Of a stretch of 64,000 nucleotides of DNA, positions 39,195 to 48,493 are shown piece by piece. This DNA comes from a candidate division CPR2 bacterium GW2011_GWC2_39_35. GTDB taxonomy: Bacteria > Patescibacteriota > CPR2. Made by a program: the position numbers and the translations under genes. The DNA lies in the NCBI GenBank assembly GCA_000995065.1, contig LBWX01000002.1, forward strand, positions 223,708-287,707. The letters are read 5' to 3'. Below the pieces are notes generated by a model. The model saw nothing but the letters and a program-made list of their open reading frames with translations. It ran no database searches and was not told the origin of the DNA. Position 1 is the stretch's first letter. Every line of letters begins with the position of its first letter.

Positions 39195-41006
39195 CTAATC
39201 GAGAACATATTTGATAAGCTCATCCGGCTCGCCAGCTTGATGGCCCCAAAGTTTTGCATAGAGACCATTTTGTTTTATTAACTTGTCATGCGTCCCGTCT
39301 TCAACAATTTGGCCTTCGCTGAGCACCAGTATCCGATCCAGGTGCTTAATAGTTGATAGTCGGTGAGCAATAACGATCGCCGTTTTGTCTTTCATCAGCT
39401 CCCACAGACCTTCCTGTATGTATTTCTCCGATTCCGAATCAAGAGAACTCGTTGCCTCATCCAAAACAAGTATGGGAGCTTTCTTTAAAAGGGCTCTGGC
39501 AATGGCCACTCTTTGCCTTTGACCGCCTGAGAGTTTGATGCCGCGTTCTCCAACCAAAGTTTCGTATCCTTGGGGAAGTTGCTTGATAAATTCATCTGAA
39601 TGAGCAATTTTTGCTGCCTTAATAACTTCTTCTTTAGTGGCTTTTTCATTTCCGTAAGCAATATTTTCAAATAAGGATCGATGAAAAAGTAGGGGTTCTT
39701 GGGGGACATAAGAAATTGCTTGGCGAAGCGAACTTTGAGTAACAGCTCTTATCGGTTGGCCGTCAATAAGGATATCTCCGGACTCAGGATCGATAAACCT
39801 TAAAAGTAATTTTGTGATTGTCGTTTTGCCGCCTCCGCTTGGTCCAACCAGGCCAACCTTCTCTTTGGTTTTGATATCCAAAACAAAGCTCTTTAAAAAG
39901 CTATCATCATCTTCGTTGTGATCGTCAAAATAACTAAAATTGACGTTTGCAAAAGAGATGTCTCCTCTTTCTACCTTTAGCTCCTTGGCATTTTCGGCGT
40001 CTCTAATGGCTGGCGGTTCAGTAAAAAGTTGGGTAAATTCCGCCGCTTCGCTTACGGAGGATTCTAAATTGCGATAAATCTTATTGATATGCCAAAATAC
40101 TCTTGTTACTTGAGCGTAATATGAGAAAACAACAACGATCGCACCGGCATTTAAGCCGAGGGTTTGGGCAAAAAATATGGCAGCTGCTAAGCCGGCAACA
40201 TTCGTAAAGACGTAAATTGGTGAAACGACAGTATCGTAACGTAAGTTGTGAAAATCGGCTGCTTCTTTGAACTTTTTAGTGTAAAGGTCGACGTGTTCCC
40301 CAAAGACCTTGTATTCATAATCTTCTTTCGCAAAAGATTTGATCGCCAGAATATTAGTCAAAGAGTCAGATCTACGGCCGGCCAATTTACTTCCGGCATC
40401 GTGTCTTTGGGCAACAAGCTTGACTCTTTTTTTGATTATCGGTATGGCTATCGCAATCATTATAAAGATGCAAACAATCAAAATAGTGGGAATCCACGGA
40501 GAATACCGCCATAATATAAAAAAAGCAAACAGCATAGGGATAATTTCTGAAAATATATTAAAGCTAAAAACGTCAATTACCTTTTCAAAGTTCAATGGAT
40601 AGGCAATAGATTTTTTTGTTAATGTACCGACAAAATTATTGGAAAAAAAATCGTAATCTTTCTCGGCTAGTAACTTGAAAGATTTTTTAGCCAGGGTATT
40701 GATGCCCTTTGTTTCCACTTTTATCAAAAAGTGTATCCCTATTCGCCAAAGGACCTCGCCAAGCATCCATCCAAAGGCAAATAGGAAAATATAGGTTGCC
40801 GATAAAGAAAGAGAAATTTGTCCTTGGCCTACAAACGTGTCGACTAGGTGGGCTACAATCAGCGGAGGAACGTAAACAACAAGAATGCTGCCGATGCCGG
40901 GCACAATCATGGCAATAATCGATTGCCATGGGTTGGCACGCAGTTGGCCCCAGTAATCCTTAATGACTTGATTTACCGCTTTTTTTGTAATCAGTTTTTC
41001 GTTCAT
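39195..41006 (-). CDS. ABC exporter, fused permease/ATPase (MsbA-like)
   Basis: Six N-terminal transmembrane segments, Walker A GPSGGGKTT, signature LSGGQRQRVAIARAL, and Walker B ILVLDEATS. Confidence 0.9.
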   Translation of the reverse strand: MNEKLITKKAVNQVIKDYWGQLRANPWQSIIAMIVPGIGSILVVYVPPLIVAHLVDTFVGQGQISLSLSATYIFLFAFGWMLGEVLWRIGIHFLIKVETKGINTLAKKSFKLLAEKDYDFFSNNFVGTLTKKSIAYPLNFEKVIDVFSFNIFSEIIPMLFAFFILWRYSPWIPTILIVCIFIMIAIAIPIIKKRVKLVAQRHDAGSKLAGRRSDSLTNILAIKSFAKEDYEYKVFGEHVDLYTKKFKEAADFHNLRYDTVVSPIYVFTNVAGLAAAIFFAQTLGLNAGAIVVVFSYYAQVTRVFWHINKIYRNLESSVSEAAEFTQLFTEPPAIRDAENAKELKVERGDISFANVNFSYFDDHNEDDDSFLKSFVLDIKTKEKVGLVGPSGGGKTTITKLLLRFIDPESGDILIDGQPIRAVTQSSLRQAISYVPQEPLLFHRSLFENIAYGNEKATKEEVIKAAKIAHSDEFIKQLPQGYETLVGERGIKLSGGQRQRVAIARALLKKAPILVLDEATSSLDSESEKYIQEGLWELMKDKTAIVIAHRLSTIKHLDRILVLSEGQIVEDGTHDKLIKQNGLYAKLWGHQAGEPDELIKYVLD

Positions 41007-41125
41007 TCTAAGTTTGTTTCCCTACTACTAAATTAAATTATAGCAATTAATAGTTGAGTGTTAAAGAATTTGAAAGATAAAGAAGCTGAAAAATATTTTT
41101 TAAAAAAAATAGTGCTTAATAATAA

Positions 41126-41158
41126 AACCGCCGGTTGCGTGAACCCGACGGTTTTTTT
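41126..41158. terminator. Hairpin with flanking A- and T-tracts (bidirectional terminator candidate)
   Basis: aaaaCCGCCGG-ttgcgtgaac-CCGACGGttttttt. Confidence 0.45.
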
Positions 41159-41183
41159 ATTTGGATTACGGAATATGCTAAGC

Positions 41184-41996
41184 TTACTCAACCTGAAATG
41201 AACGCAGAAAGATTTCTGCTTGACTGATGGTTTGCCACAGTTTTTTTCTCTTCTCCCTAAGTTTCCGCCTCTCGTCTAAACTAAGATGTGTTAGGGAAAG
41301 CCCTGAAACATTGCGGTTAGGTACGATATTATCCAGAGAACCCACATGCGCTATTTTATCGTAATAATCATTGATATAGGCTATCTGCCTGTCAGTTAAC
41401 AGGTGACCGTACACTTTGAGAAGAATTTTTATTCTTTCAAATTCCATGGTAAGTTGCATCCAGCTCTCACTTGGACAAGGCTCGACATCTTCAGGCTTAA
41501 GATCGTTTGCAAGCTTCTCTGCTGTATCCCTTGTAAACCAACCTCCCCATGGCTGATCCCTTGAAGCACGGCGCGCAAGTTCAGCAATCTCATCTTCATA
41601 GATTTCGTCTTCGCGCTGGTATTCGTGTTCTTCGATTGCATCGGCAATGAAATAGAATAGAATCCAGTGCACAGGAAAATCTTTGGAAAGAAATAGGAGA
41701 AGATCTTCTGCACTTTCTGCGAGCTTAGTTGCAAGCTTGTTGCTAAAAACAAACTCATCAAGCAGTTCCCGGGTGTCTTGGTGTCGTATTGTTTTTATCG
41801 TGTCTTCCATTAACCGTTCGTATGGATTTCTCAGGCCAGTAACCGCCGTGGCAAAGAGCATTGCCTTAAAGATATCGTACAAATCGAGCGCATCTTGTGC
41901 CAAGAGTATTGTCTTCCCCTTTCTGTTCTCGTCAAGTTCAACAGTGACTTTGCCAATTACTTCTTCTAATGTCTGACACAAGGGATCATCAATCAT
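41184..41996 (-). CDS. Hypothetical protein (first gene of the accessory island)
   Basis: 270 aa, acidic, no recognised domain. Confidence 0.4.
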   Translation of the reverse strand: MIDDPLCQTLEEVIGKVTVELDENRKGKTILLAQDALDLYDIFKAMLFATAVTGLRNPYERLMEDTIKTIRHQDTRELLDEFVFSNKLATKLAESAEDLLLFLSKDFPVHWILFYFIADAIEEHEYQREDEIYEDEIAELARRASRDQPWGGWFTRDTAEKLANDLKPEDVEPCPSESWMQLTMEFERIKILLKVYGHLLTDRQIAYINDYYDKIAHVGSLDNIVPNRNVSGLSLTHLSLDERRKLREKRKKLWQTISQAEIFLRSFQVE

Positions 41997-42171
41997 AATC
42001 TTATTCCTTCCACTCGGAGGTTTATATTCAATTGCTAAGATTGCATGGCAATTTGCCGATGTTACAGGATATCACAAAAAGACGTTTTTGTACATAATTT
42101 CGAAGGAATTTCGAGTCGCTCCTGAATTTAACATCAAAACTGCAGTGGAAAAGAAGATAATTGCTTTAATC

Positions 42172-42251
42172 TAGTCATCCCTGTGGAAGCGGGGATTCGG
42201 GAAGAGCGTATCTAGAAAAGGTCTGGATTCCAGACTCCGCGGGAATGACAA
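42172..42251 (-). mobile_element. MITE-like element, diverged copy 1 (terminal inverted repeats GTCATCCCTGTG ... CGCGGGAATGACAA)
   Basis: Its ends align with the reverse complement of the copy at 50276-50359. It lies in the divergent promoter region of the island. Confidence 0.5.
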
Positions 42252-42491
42252 GCATTTAATTTGTAAATAATCCAAAACGCTAGAATTCCGAACATCCTCC
42301 AACAAGCTACATTCGAATTACCAATCCTTAGTATCAATAATGTACTCACGAATTAATAAAATAAGAATAAGCTTAAAAATCACTGTACTTTTTTGAGCTG
42401 TGCTTTTGATTTTCCGCCTAACATTGAAGGAACATTGAAGGAAAAATCTTTGACCAATAGTTAGATAAATGATATAATTTCAGACTAATAG

Positions 42492-45224
42492 TTGCGGTAC
42501 AGTTACTTGAAAACTGAATATTTATCAGTGAACATAGGAGATTTAGGATTAGGAAAAGGAGTGGATTTCGTGAAAGAGATAGTAGTAGAGCAAGGCGCAG
42601 GGGATGAAGAAAAAAGAATGATTGAAAACATGCGAGGGATAGCAGTGGATGATGCGGAATTCGTAATAATGGCAGAAGAAAAGAAAGACACAGTGAATAA
42701 AAAACTATGGCTTGAAAACATGACGCGGATAACCGAAGATGATCTTCAATTCGTTTCGGGCACGGCTTGGAGGTTCTATAAACAGAATTCCATACTATTG
42801 GGAATGCTGGGTATAGACTTTTGTAGCCTGGAAGATGCGGCTTTCGGCGGTATGGAGGATGCGTGTAAAAGATACGATGAGACAAGAGGAAAAAGCTTGC
42901 GAGGATTCTATTACATTCGGGTTGTCGGAAGCATGTGGGATTTCATAAGAAGCCGCTCGCTTATCTCCAGATCAGCTCTAAAGGCCATAAAGGAAGTTCA
43001 GAGCTATGTTGCAAGCCAAAGCCAAGATGGCCGTGTAGTAACAAGCTCGGAGATATATGAAATATTTTCCGAGGCTCACGTAATGGCAATGGCGCAATCT
43101 AATAACAGGGTCGCTTTTCCGCTGTCGCTGGATCAAATTGTGTTGTATGGCGGCCAAGGGGGCAGGGTACAGGCTGAGACTTCTTATCATAACCTCATTT
43201 CTGATGATAGCGATACTGAAGACGATGCGACTTACCAGCAGGCTCTTGAAGAGCTTCGTGATGTCATCAAAGAGGTTAGTCTTAACTATGGTTCGTCGCC
43301 CGAGGTGAAGGAAAGAGCATTGTCGTTAATGGAAAAACGGTATAATTTCGATAGCGACTCAAAAGCTCCTTCGTTTAGGGAGCTAGGAGATGAATTCGGT
43401 TGTACCGAAAGTCGAGTAAGCCAAATTCACAGTAAGCTAATCAGCAAGCTGAAGGATGAAGAACCTGCATTGGATATTCTTAGGGACCTGGCGAGCAGGA
43501 TTAGCCGTCAAGGCATCTCTTCTCGTCAATCTGTTCGGATAGTATCCTTTGGTCAGCCGGACCTGACTCCTCCTCCGCACATTCGCCAGAAAAGAAGAAT
43601 ATCTAAACGTGAAGATGTCTACGACAAAAATGTAGCATCAGAGGAAACGTTGTTGGAGGCGGAGGATATTGAAGTCGAAGGAGTATCCGATGACAGCAGC
43701 ACCCCTCAGGATACTAAAGCTGTTTTTTTGTTTGATTCAGACATCAGGGCCTATAAGATTATGCTCGATTTATTGAAGAAGAGCAAAGATGGATTGGTGC
43801 GACTCAAAGAAAAGCATAAGGTTACTGATGAAGTACTTCTAAAGCTTAGGCGCAAGGGCTTTGCGATAATGCAAAGTGACGGCTCTGTGCTGGTGCAGAA
43901 GAAGAAATACATCAGGATGCCAGATCCTGAGTCAGAGTCCAGGCAGGATAAAGCTGTTTTTTCTTCGAGGAAAGCTAGGATTAAAGATAGCGAACCAGGG
44001 AAACGAGGGGCGCGAAAACTCACTGATTCTGATTGGGAGGAGCGCCACAAAGAGACGCTCGCGAAACTTTATGAGCGTTTCCCAGACGGATGTGTCGTTG
44101 GCGGACTGGGGACGATCTTTATCGAACTGAATATGAGAGGAGGTTTCAATTATCTTAAGAGATTCAAAGAAGACTCCGGTTTTCTGGAGGAGACTAGTCG
44201 CCTAAGGCATAGTTTTTCTGAGAAGGCAGAAGCTTATCTGGAATCTATAGGCAAGATCCTAATCAAGACGGAACCGGAGGATGTGCCCGAAGAGTCCAAA
44301 AACATAACTGCCACATCCGGAAAACCCGGAAGACAAAAGCTCTCTTCTGACCATTGGAGTGCTCGTCATAAAGAGACGCTAAAAAAACTCTACGACCAAT
44401 TCCCCGATGGATGGGTCATTGGTGGACTGAGTACGGTCTTTAAGGATCTGGGCATTGTCGGAGGACAGAGTTATCTTCAGAGGTTCAGAGACGTATCTGG
44501 TTTCCTTCTAAAGGTCAATGGATGGAAACATTGTTTCTCTGATGAGGCAATTGCCTATCTGGAATCGATTGGGCTAACCATTATCGAGCCAGAAGAGGAC
44601 GACTCGCTGGAAACCGATGATATCTCGACTTCAGGATCAAGAAGAGGCGGAAGGCGGAAGCTTACTGATGCAGACTGGGATGTTCGTTTGAGAGTCACGG
44701 TAGAGAAGCTTCATGAACGATTCCCAGATGGGTGGATAGTCGGTTCCCTGACTGAGATCTTTAGAGACTTAGGCATCAAGGGAGGATACAACTATCTTCA
44801 CAGGTTCAGAGAGTCCTTCTACATTCGCAAGGTTAAACATAGACAACATCGCCTTACCGATATTGCCAGCAGGTATCTCGAATCGATTGGAAAGAATATA
44901 ATCGAATCGGATCCAGGGAAGTACGATCAGGAACGATTCTTGCGGTCTTCCCAAAAGGCGGTCGAGATTTTAACGCCCATGGTTAAAACTATGAAGCAAG
45001 ATGACTGGCTTGCTGAGTTCTTGAGTAATGTTGTGCAAGAGAACGGTGGCTTTTGTTACAAAACGGATCTTGAAACTACTTGCAAAGACAAATATGGTTT
45101 TGTAAAAAAAGTCATGCTTAAGACTGCACGAAATGACGGGTACGTCAGCGAGGAAAGTGGCGGTAGCGGCGAGATAACCGAAAAAGGACAGGAGTTCTTA
45201 AGACAGAAGGGCTATATTAACTAA
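42492..45224 (+). CDS. Sigma-70-family-like protein (regions 2 and 4) fused to a ~590-aa C-terminal extension with three ~95-aa tandem repeats
   Basis: Region 2-like YDETRGKSLRGFYYIRVVGSMWDFIRSRS and region 4-like FRELGDEFGCTESRVSQIHSKLISKLK. Three repeats of LTD.DWE.RHKETL.KLYE.FPDGWV.GGL.T.F..LGI.GG..YL.RF...SGFL......S..A.AYLESIG. The gene looks locally GC-richer. Confidence 0.55.
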   Translation: MRYSYLKTEYLSVNIGDLGLGKGVDFVKEIVVEQGAGDEEKRMIENMRGIAVDDAEFVIMAEEKKDTVNKKLWLENMTRITEDDLQFVSGTAWRFYKQNSILLGMLGIDFCSLEDAAFGGMEDACKRYDETRGKSLRGFYYIRVVGSMWDFIRSRSLISRSALKAIKEVQSYVASQSQDGRVVTSSEIYEIFSEAHVMAMAQSNNRVAFPLSLDQIVLYGGQGGRVQAETSYHNLISDDSDTEDDATYQQALEELRDVIKEVSLNYGSSPEVKERALSLMEKRYNFDSDSKAPSFRELGDEFGCTESRVSQIHSKLISKLKDEEPALDILRDLASRISRQGISSRQSVRIVSFGQPDLTPPPHIRQKRRISKREDVYDKNVASEETLLEAEDIEVEGVSDDSSTPQDTKAVFLFDSDIRAYKIMLDLLKKSKDGLVRLKEKHKVTDEVLLKLRRKGFAIMQSDGSVLVQKKKYIRMPDPESESRQDKAVFSSRKARIKDSEPGKRGARKLTDSDWEERHKETLAKLYERFPDGCVVGGLGTIFIELNMRGGFNYLKRFKEDSGFLEETSRLRHSFSEKAEAYLESIGKILIKTEPEDVPEESKNITATSGKPGRQKLSSDHWSARHKETLKKLYDQFPDGWVIGGLSTVFKDLGIVGGQSYLQRFRDVSGFLLKVNGWKHCFSDEAIAYLESIGLTIIEPEEDDSLETDDISTSGSRRGGRRKLTDADWDVRLRVTVEKLHERFPDGWIVGSLTEIFRDLGIKGGYNYLHRFRESFYIRKVKHRQHRLTDIASRYLESIGKNIIESDPGKYDQERFLRSSQKAVEILTPMVKTMKQDDWLAEFLSNVVQENGGFCYKTDLETTCKDKYGFVKKVMLKTARNDGYVSEESGGSGEITEKGQEFLRQKGYIN

Positions 45225-45298
45225 ACTGTATAGGCGAGGTGACAAAAGGGACCGGTTCTTAATTTGAAGCTAATACTACTTAATGTTTTATTAAGTAA

Positions 45299-45790
45299 AT
45301 GCTTCATTTTAAGAATCGGTCCCGAATTATTTATGGGTTTTACTTCTCAATTACTCATGAAGACGATGAAATGAGAGGCCTTATTAGCAAAACCGACCAC
45401 AAGACACTGGCTCTTTGGAGTATTGATTGTGCGGAAAGAGTTATGCACTATTTTGAAACAGAATACACCGATGATCCTCGGCCTCGCGAAGCTATCAACA
45501 CTCTTCAGGAATGGATTAAAACGAGTAAATTCAGTATGAGGATTATCCGTCAAGCATCGTTAGCCTCACACGCCGCAGCCAAAGAGATTGGCAATGATAG
45601 TCCGGCTGCATCCGCAGCACATGCAGCTGGACAAGCCGTTGCGACTGCTCATGTATCAACGCATTCTTATGGACCTGCCGTATATGCTCAACAAGCTGTT
45701 TTTAAAGCTACAAACTCGTTAGACGCTGTTCAAAAAGAGAGGGATTGGCAATTTCAGCATTTGCTAGACCTTGGGGCCAAGAAGTACTAA
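45299..45790 (+). CDS. Putative immunity-protein-like all-alpha protein (LALW..DCAE..PRPRE family, Ala/His-rich)
   Basis: HKTLALWSIDCAERVMHYFE, DDPRPREAINTLQEWI, and the AASAAHAAGQAVATAHVSTH repeat typical of small orphan 'immunity protein' ORFs. The likely start is the internal MRGLIS. Confidence 0.5.
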   Translation: MLHFKNRSRIIYGFYFSITHEDDEMRGLISKTDHKTLALWSIDCAERVMHYFETEYTDDPRPREAINTLQEWIKTSKFSMRIIRQASLASHAAAKEIGNDSPAASAAHAAGQAVATAHVSTHSYGPAVYAQQAVFKATNSLDAVQKERDWQFQHLLDLGAKKY

Positions 45791-46075
45791 TTGCGACAAA
45801 TAAGTACTTAGCAGATTAGATTATTTGCATCATTAATAAAATAAGCTACCGAGAAATAGCTTATTAAGTATGCGTTCCATTTGGCGAGCCGAGATGTGCT
45901 TGAACTACTTCGTTTAACCGTGTTAATTTCAGACGTTCGTACTAGTATCTAGTTTCCATAATATGTATGATCAAATTAGATTAATAATGGGGTTATATGT
46001 GGGAGAAAATTAAAGATACTGTACTTTTGCATCAAGCGCAAAGCATAGTATTGTCTTTGATCGTTATTATCGGTA

Positions 46076-46426
46076 TTGCAGGCACCAGCTACTTTGTATT
46101 TCAAAAAGGTAATTCAAAATAATAATACGAAAGAAGGCACTCCTAGCAGTAGTACGGGGTCGTGCAGTGGGTTAGTCAAGTTTGGTGCCGTCTCAGTGGA
46201 GAAAGATCCGGCAGGAGATTCGGGGGCGTGGTTACGATTCGGCTATACGGCCGAAAAGGAGCTTAATTGTCAGTACACGATCACCTTCTACGACAGTCGA
46301 GAAGAGATAATCCGAACAATCCCAAATGTTGAAGATACCTTTCAATCTCCGAGCGGCCAGATCTATAATGGCTACAGCAGTACACCCTACCAATCAGGCA
46401 TGTCTGCAAAAGTTATCGTCAACTAG
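46076..46426 (+). CDS. Hypothetical small secreted protein (start uncertain; an overlapping upstream 41-aa transmembrane ORF sits in the -1 frame)
   Basis: 116 aa with a Ser/Thr-rich N-terminus and no known domain. Confidence 0.35.
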   Translation: MQAPATLYFKKVIQNNNTKEGTPSSSTGSCSGLVKFGAVSVEKDPAGDSGAWLRFGYTAEKELNCQYTITFYDSREEIIRTIPNVEDTFQSPSGQIYNGYSSTPYQSGMSAKVIVN

Positions 46427-46516
46427 TTTATAGTTCAGAGATTATAAAAACGCAAATACCGTGCTCAAAAGAGAACCGTCCCCTAAAAGTCTTACTGGAA
46501 CTATTCAATACTTACT

Positions 46517-47530
46517 TCATTCCTTTGAAGTGTATTTGAAGTTCACATCACGTTGTTTGGTAGGGAGCTGAAAACCGTCAATTTCAAAGGGATATGCAAG
46601 CACCCCGCCGGGGAAAGTCGCGTCGGGGCTGTAGCTCTTCCAATAGAAGAACGAGGTTGGCTGAACCCAATGCAGATTTTGGTTGCCCTGTTTTACGGTC
46701 AGATTTTTTGATTTGTCTGGCACCTTGAAACAAAATGAAGCAAAGGAGTGCTCGCCCACGTTCCCGGCATATCCGACCAGCTCCCCTCGTTTTACCGTCC
46801 GACCAATGAGCGCTTTGCAGGCTTTGGCGTTACCTTTCGAGGGAACTACATAATCATCAACTGGATAGAAAAGATGCCCTTCGGCCTGGTTATTTTTAGC
46901 GCCCCATTCAACATCATCACAATCTGAATTTTGGTAGTGCCCTTGCATTAAAGGCGAAGTATATAAATGATAAAGAATAATAGTCATTCCTGGCCAGTCA
47001 GGACTAGCAGATTCAAAAGTCAGCTCGATATCATTCATCGGTGTGTATTTTTTCCCGTCTGCTCCAATCCCAGATTCGCTGCTTTGATTCTTGAAACCAA
47101 CCAATGTCATATCTATTGGCGCAAGTAATGGTGCCTTGCTCTTAAGTTCGAATTCCATGCCACGCTTACCAGAATATGGCGTCGTCTTTGAATGAGAACC
47201 AACTTTGGGGCCGAGAGTAACAATATCTGAGTCAGCCCCTGTACCACCATACATTTCCGTATGAGTATTAATACCTTCCATGTTGGATGGGGGTGAAGTA
47301 ATCGCGGATACGCTTGTTGTGGGTACAGTTGGGATAGAAGTTGGCGAAGACATAGTGCTTGGTATCGATTTTTTGCTCTGTTTTTTTCCAGCCTTATTCA
47401 CTATTCCAAGACCAGCCAAAGCAAGTACAATTACAATAATAATTAAAATAAGCCCCATCCACCAATATTTTTTTAAGAAAGGTTTTTTGCTTGAAGGCTC
47501 ATTTTTCTCTTGATTGTTATCCAGCTCCAT
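46517..47530 (-). CDS. Membrane-anchored LytM/M23-like domain protein with degenerate active-site motifs
   Basis: Transmembrane helix, Ser/Thr/Pro-rich linker, and VKRGELVGYAGNVGEHSFASFCFKV resembling the M23 C-terminal G.V.kGq.IG.vG.TG.stGPHLHFE but lacking the HxH. Confidence 0.35.
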   Translation of the reverse strand: MELDNNQEKNEPSSKKPFLKKYWWMGLILIIIVIVLALAGLGIVNKAGKKQSKKSIPSTMSSPTSIPTVPTTSVSAITSPPSNMEGINTHTEMYGGTGADSDIVTLGPKVGSHSKTTPYSGKRGMEFELKSKAPLLAPIDMTLVGFKNQSSESGIGADGKKYTPMNDIELTFESASPDWPGMTIILYHLYTSPLMQGHYQNSDCDDVEWGAKNNQAEGHLFYPVDDYVVPSKGNAKACKALIGRTVKRGELVGYAGNVGEHSFASFCFKVPDKSKNLTVKQGNQNLHWVQPTSFFYWKSYSPDATFPGGVLAYPFEIDGFQLPTKQRDVNFKYTSKE

Positions 47531-47616
47531 TTGCTATAACTATACCACAAAATTAGCTTATTTTAGTATGCGTTCTATTCGGCGAGGTTAGTAGCGTTGG
47601 AACCTGCTCAAAATTC

Positions 47617-48306
47617 CTAACTTATATCCAAATCCCAAAGGATTGTCTTGAATAGTTCGTCACGATATTGGTTTAAAAAGTCATGATTTCCGTCAAGATT
47701 GATAATTCGGCTATTCTTTATGAGCCTAAGATTGTTGAAATCCATAACCTCGTCATTGATTGCATAAATAAGGGTAAGTTCGGTTTTCTTCGCTAGATTG
47801 TTGTAAAGTGAAACTACATCTGTTGTAAATCTTTCAGCCCAGTATTCTGGAGGGATGACAGTCACAGAACCATCGCTTCTACGTCTTCGGGTAATGTTGT
47901 AGAAATCTAATTGATTATCGGCAAGAGCCGTATAACGTTTCTGTAAATCTTCGATTTTAGTTTGAAAAAATGGTGATACTCCGATCACTTTTTCTACCTT
48001 GTCCGAGTTTTGACAGAGAGTTGGTATTAGGCTTCCCTGTGAATGCCCGATGATAATAATACTTTTGTATCTCTCGTCCCTGACTAGCTCATTGATGTGT
48101 TTCTGAAGGATGGACGCCTGGTCAGAAAAAGGTACAGCAAAAAGCTCCTTAGAATCCCCATCAAACTTATTGTAATTAAATTGTTTTGTTACAAATCCCC
48201 GTGATTCTAGCATAGACGCTAAAAAGGAAAATAGTCCTCGGGCATCTTTCATAACCCCAAAGCCATGCGAAAATAATATTACTGTATCTTGTGGTTTGTA
48301 TTTCAT
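47617..48306 (-). CDS. Alpha/beta-hydrolase fold protein
   Basis: Nucleophile elbow IIIGHSQGS and N-terminal HGFG. Confidence 0.6.
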   Translation of the reverse strand: MKYKPQDTVILFSHGFGVMKDARGLFSFLASMLESRGFVTKQFNYNKFDGDSKELFAVPFSDQASILQKHINELVRDERYKSIIIIGHSQGSLIPTLCQNSDKVEKVIGVSPFFQTKIEDLQKRYTALADNQLDFYNITRRRRSDGSVTVIPPEYWAERFTTDVVSLYNNLAKKTELTLIYAINDEVMDFNNLRLIKNSRIINLDGNHDFLNQYRDELFKTILWDLDIS

Positions 48307-48493
48307 GTCTAGATATTAGCAAAAAAAGTGCTTTGCAGAAAGGCTATTTTGCGTCATTAACAGAAATAAGCTGACCAAAGTCAGCTTATTCAGGATCTTA
48401 GGACAACCGGCCCCTAAGGCTTTCCTATTTTAACCACCACCAAAGGTGGTTGTGAAAATATGGCGATCCGAGTAGCGCAGGAACTAAATTAGA

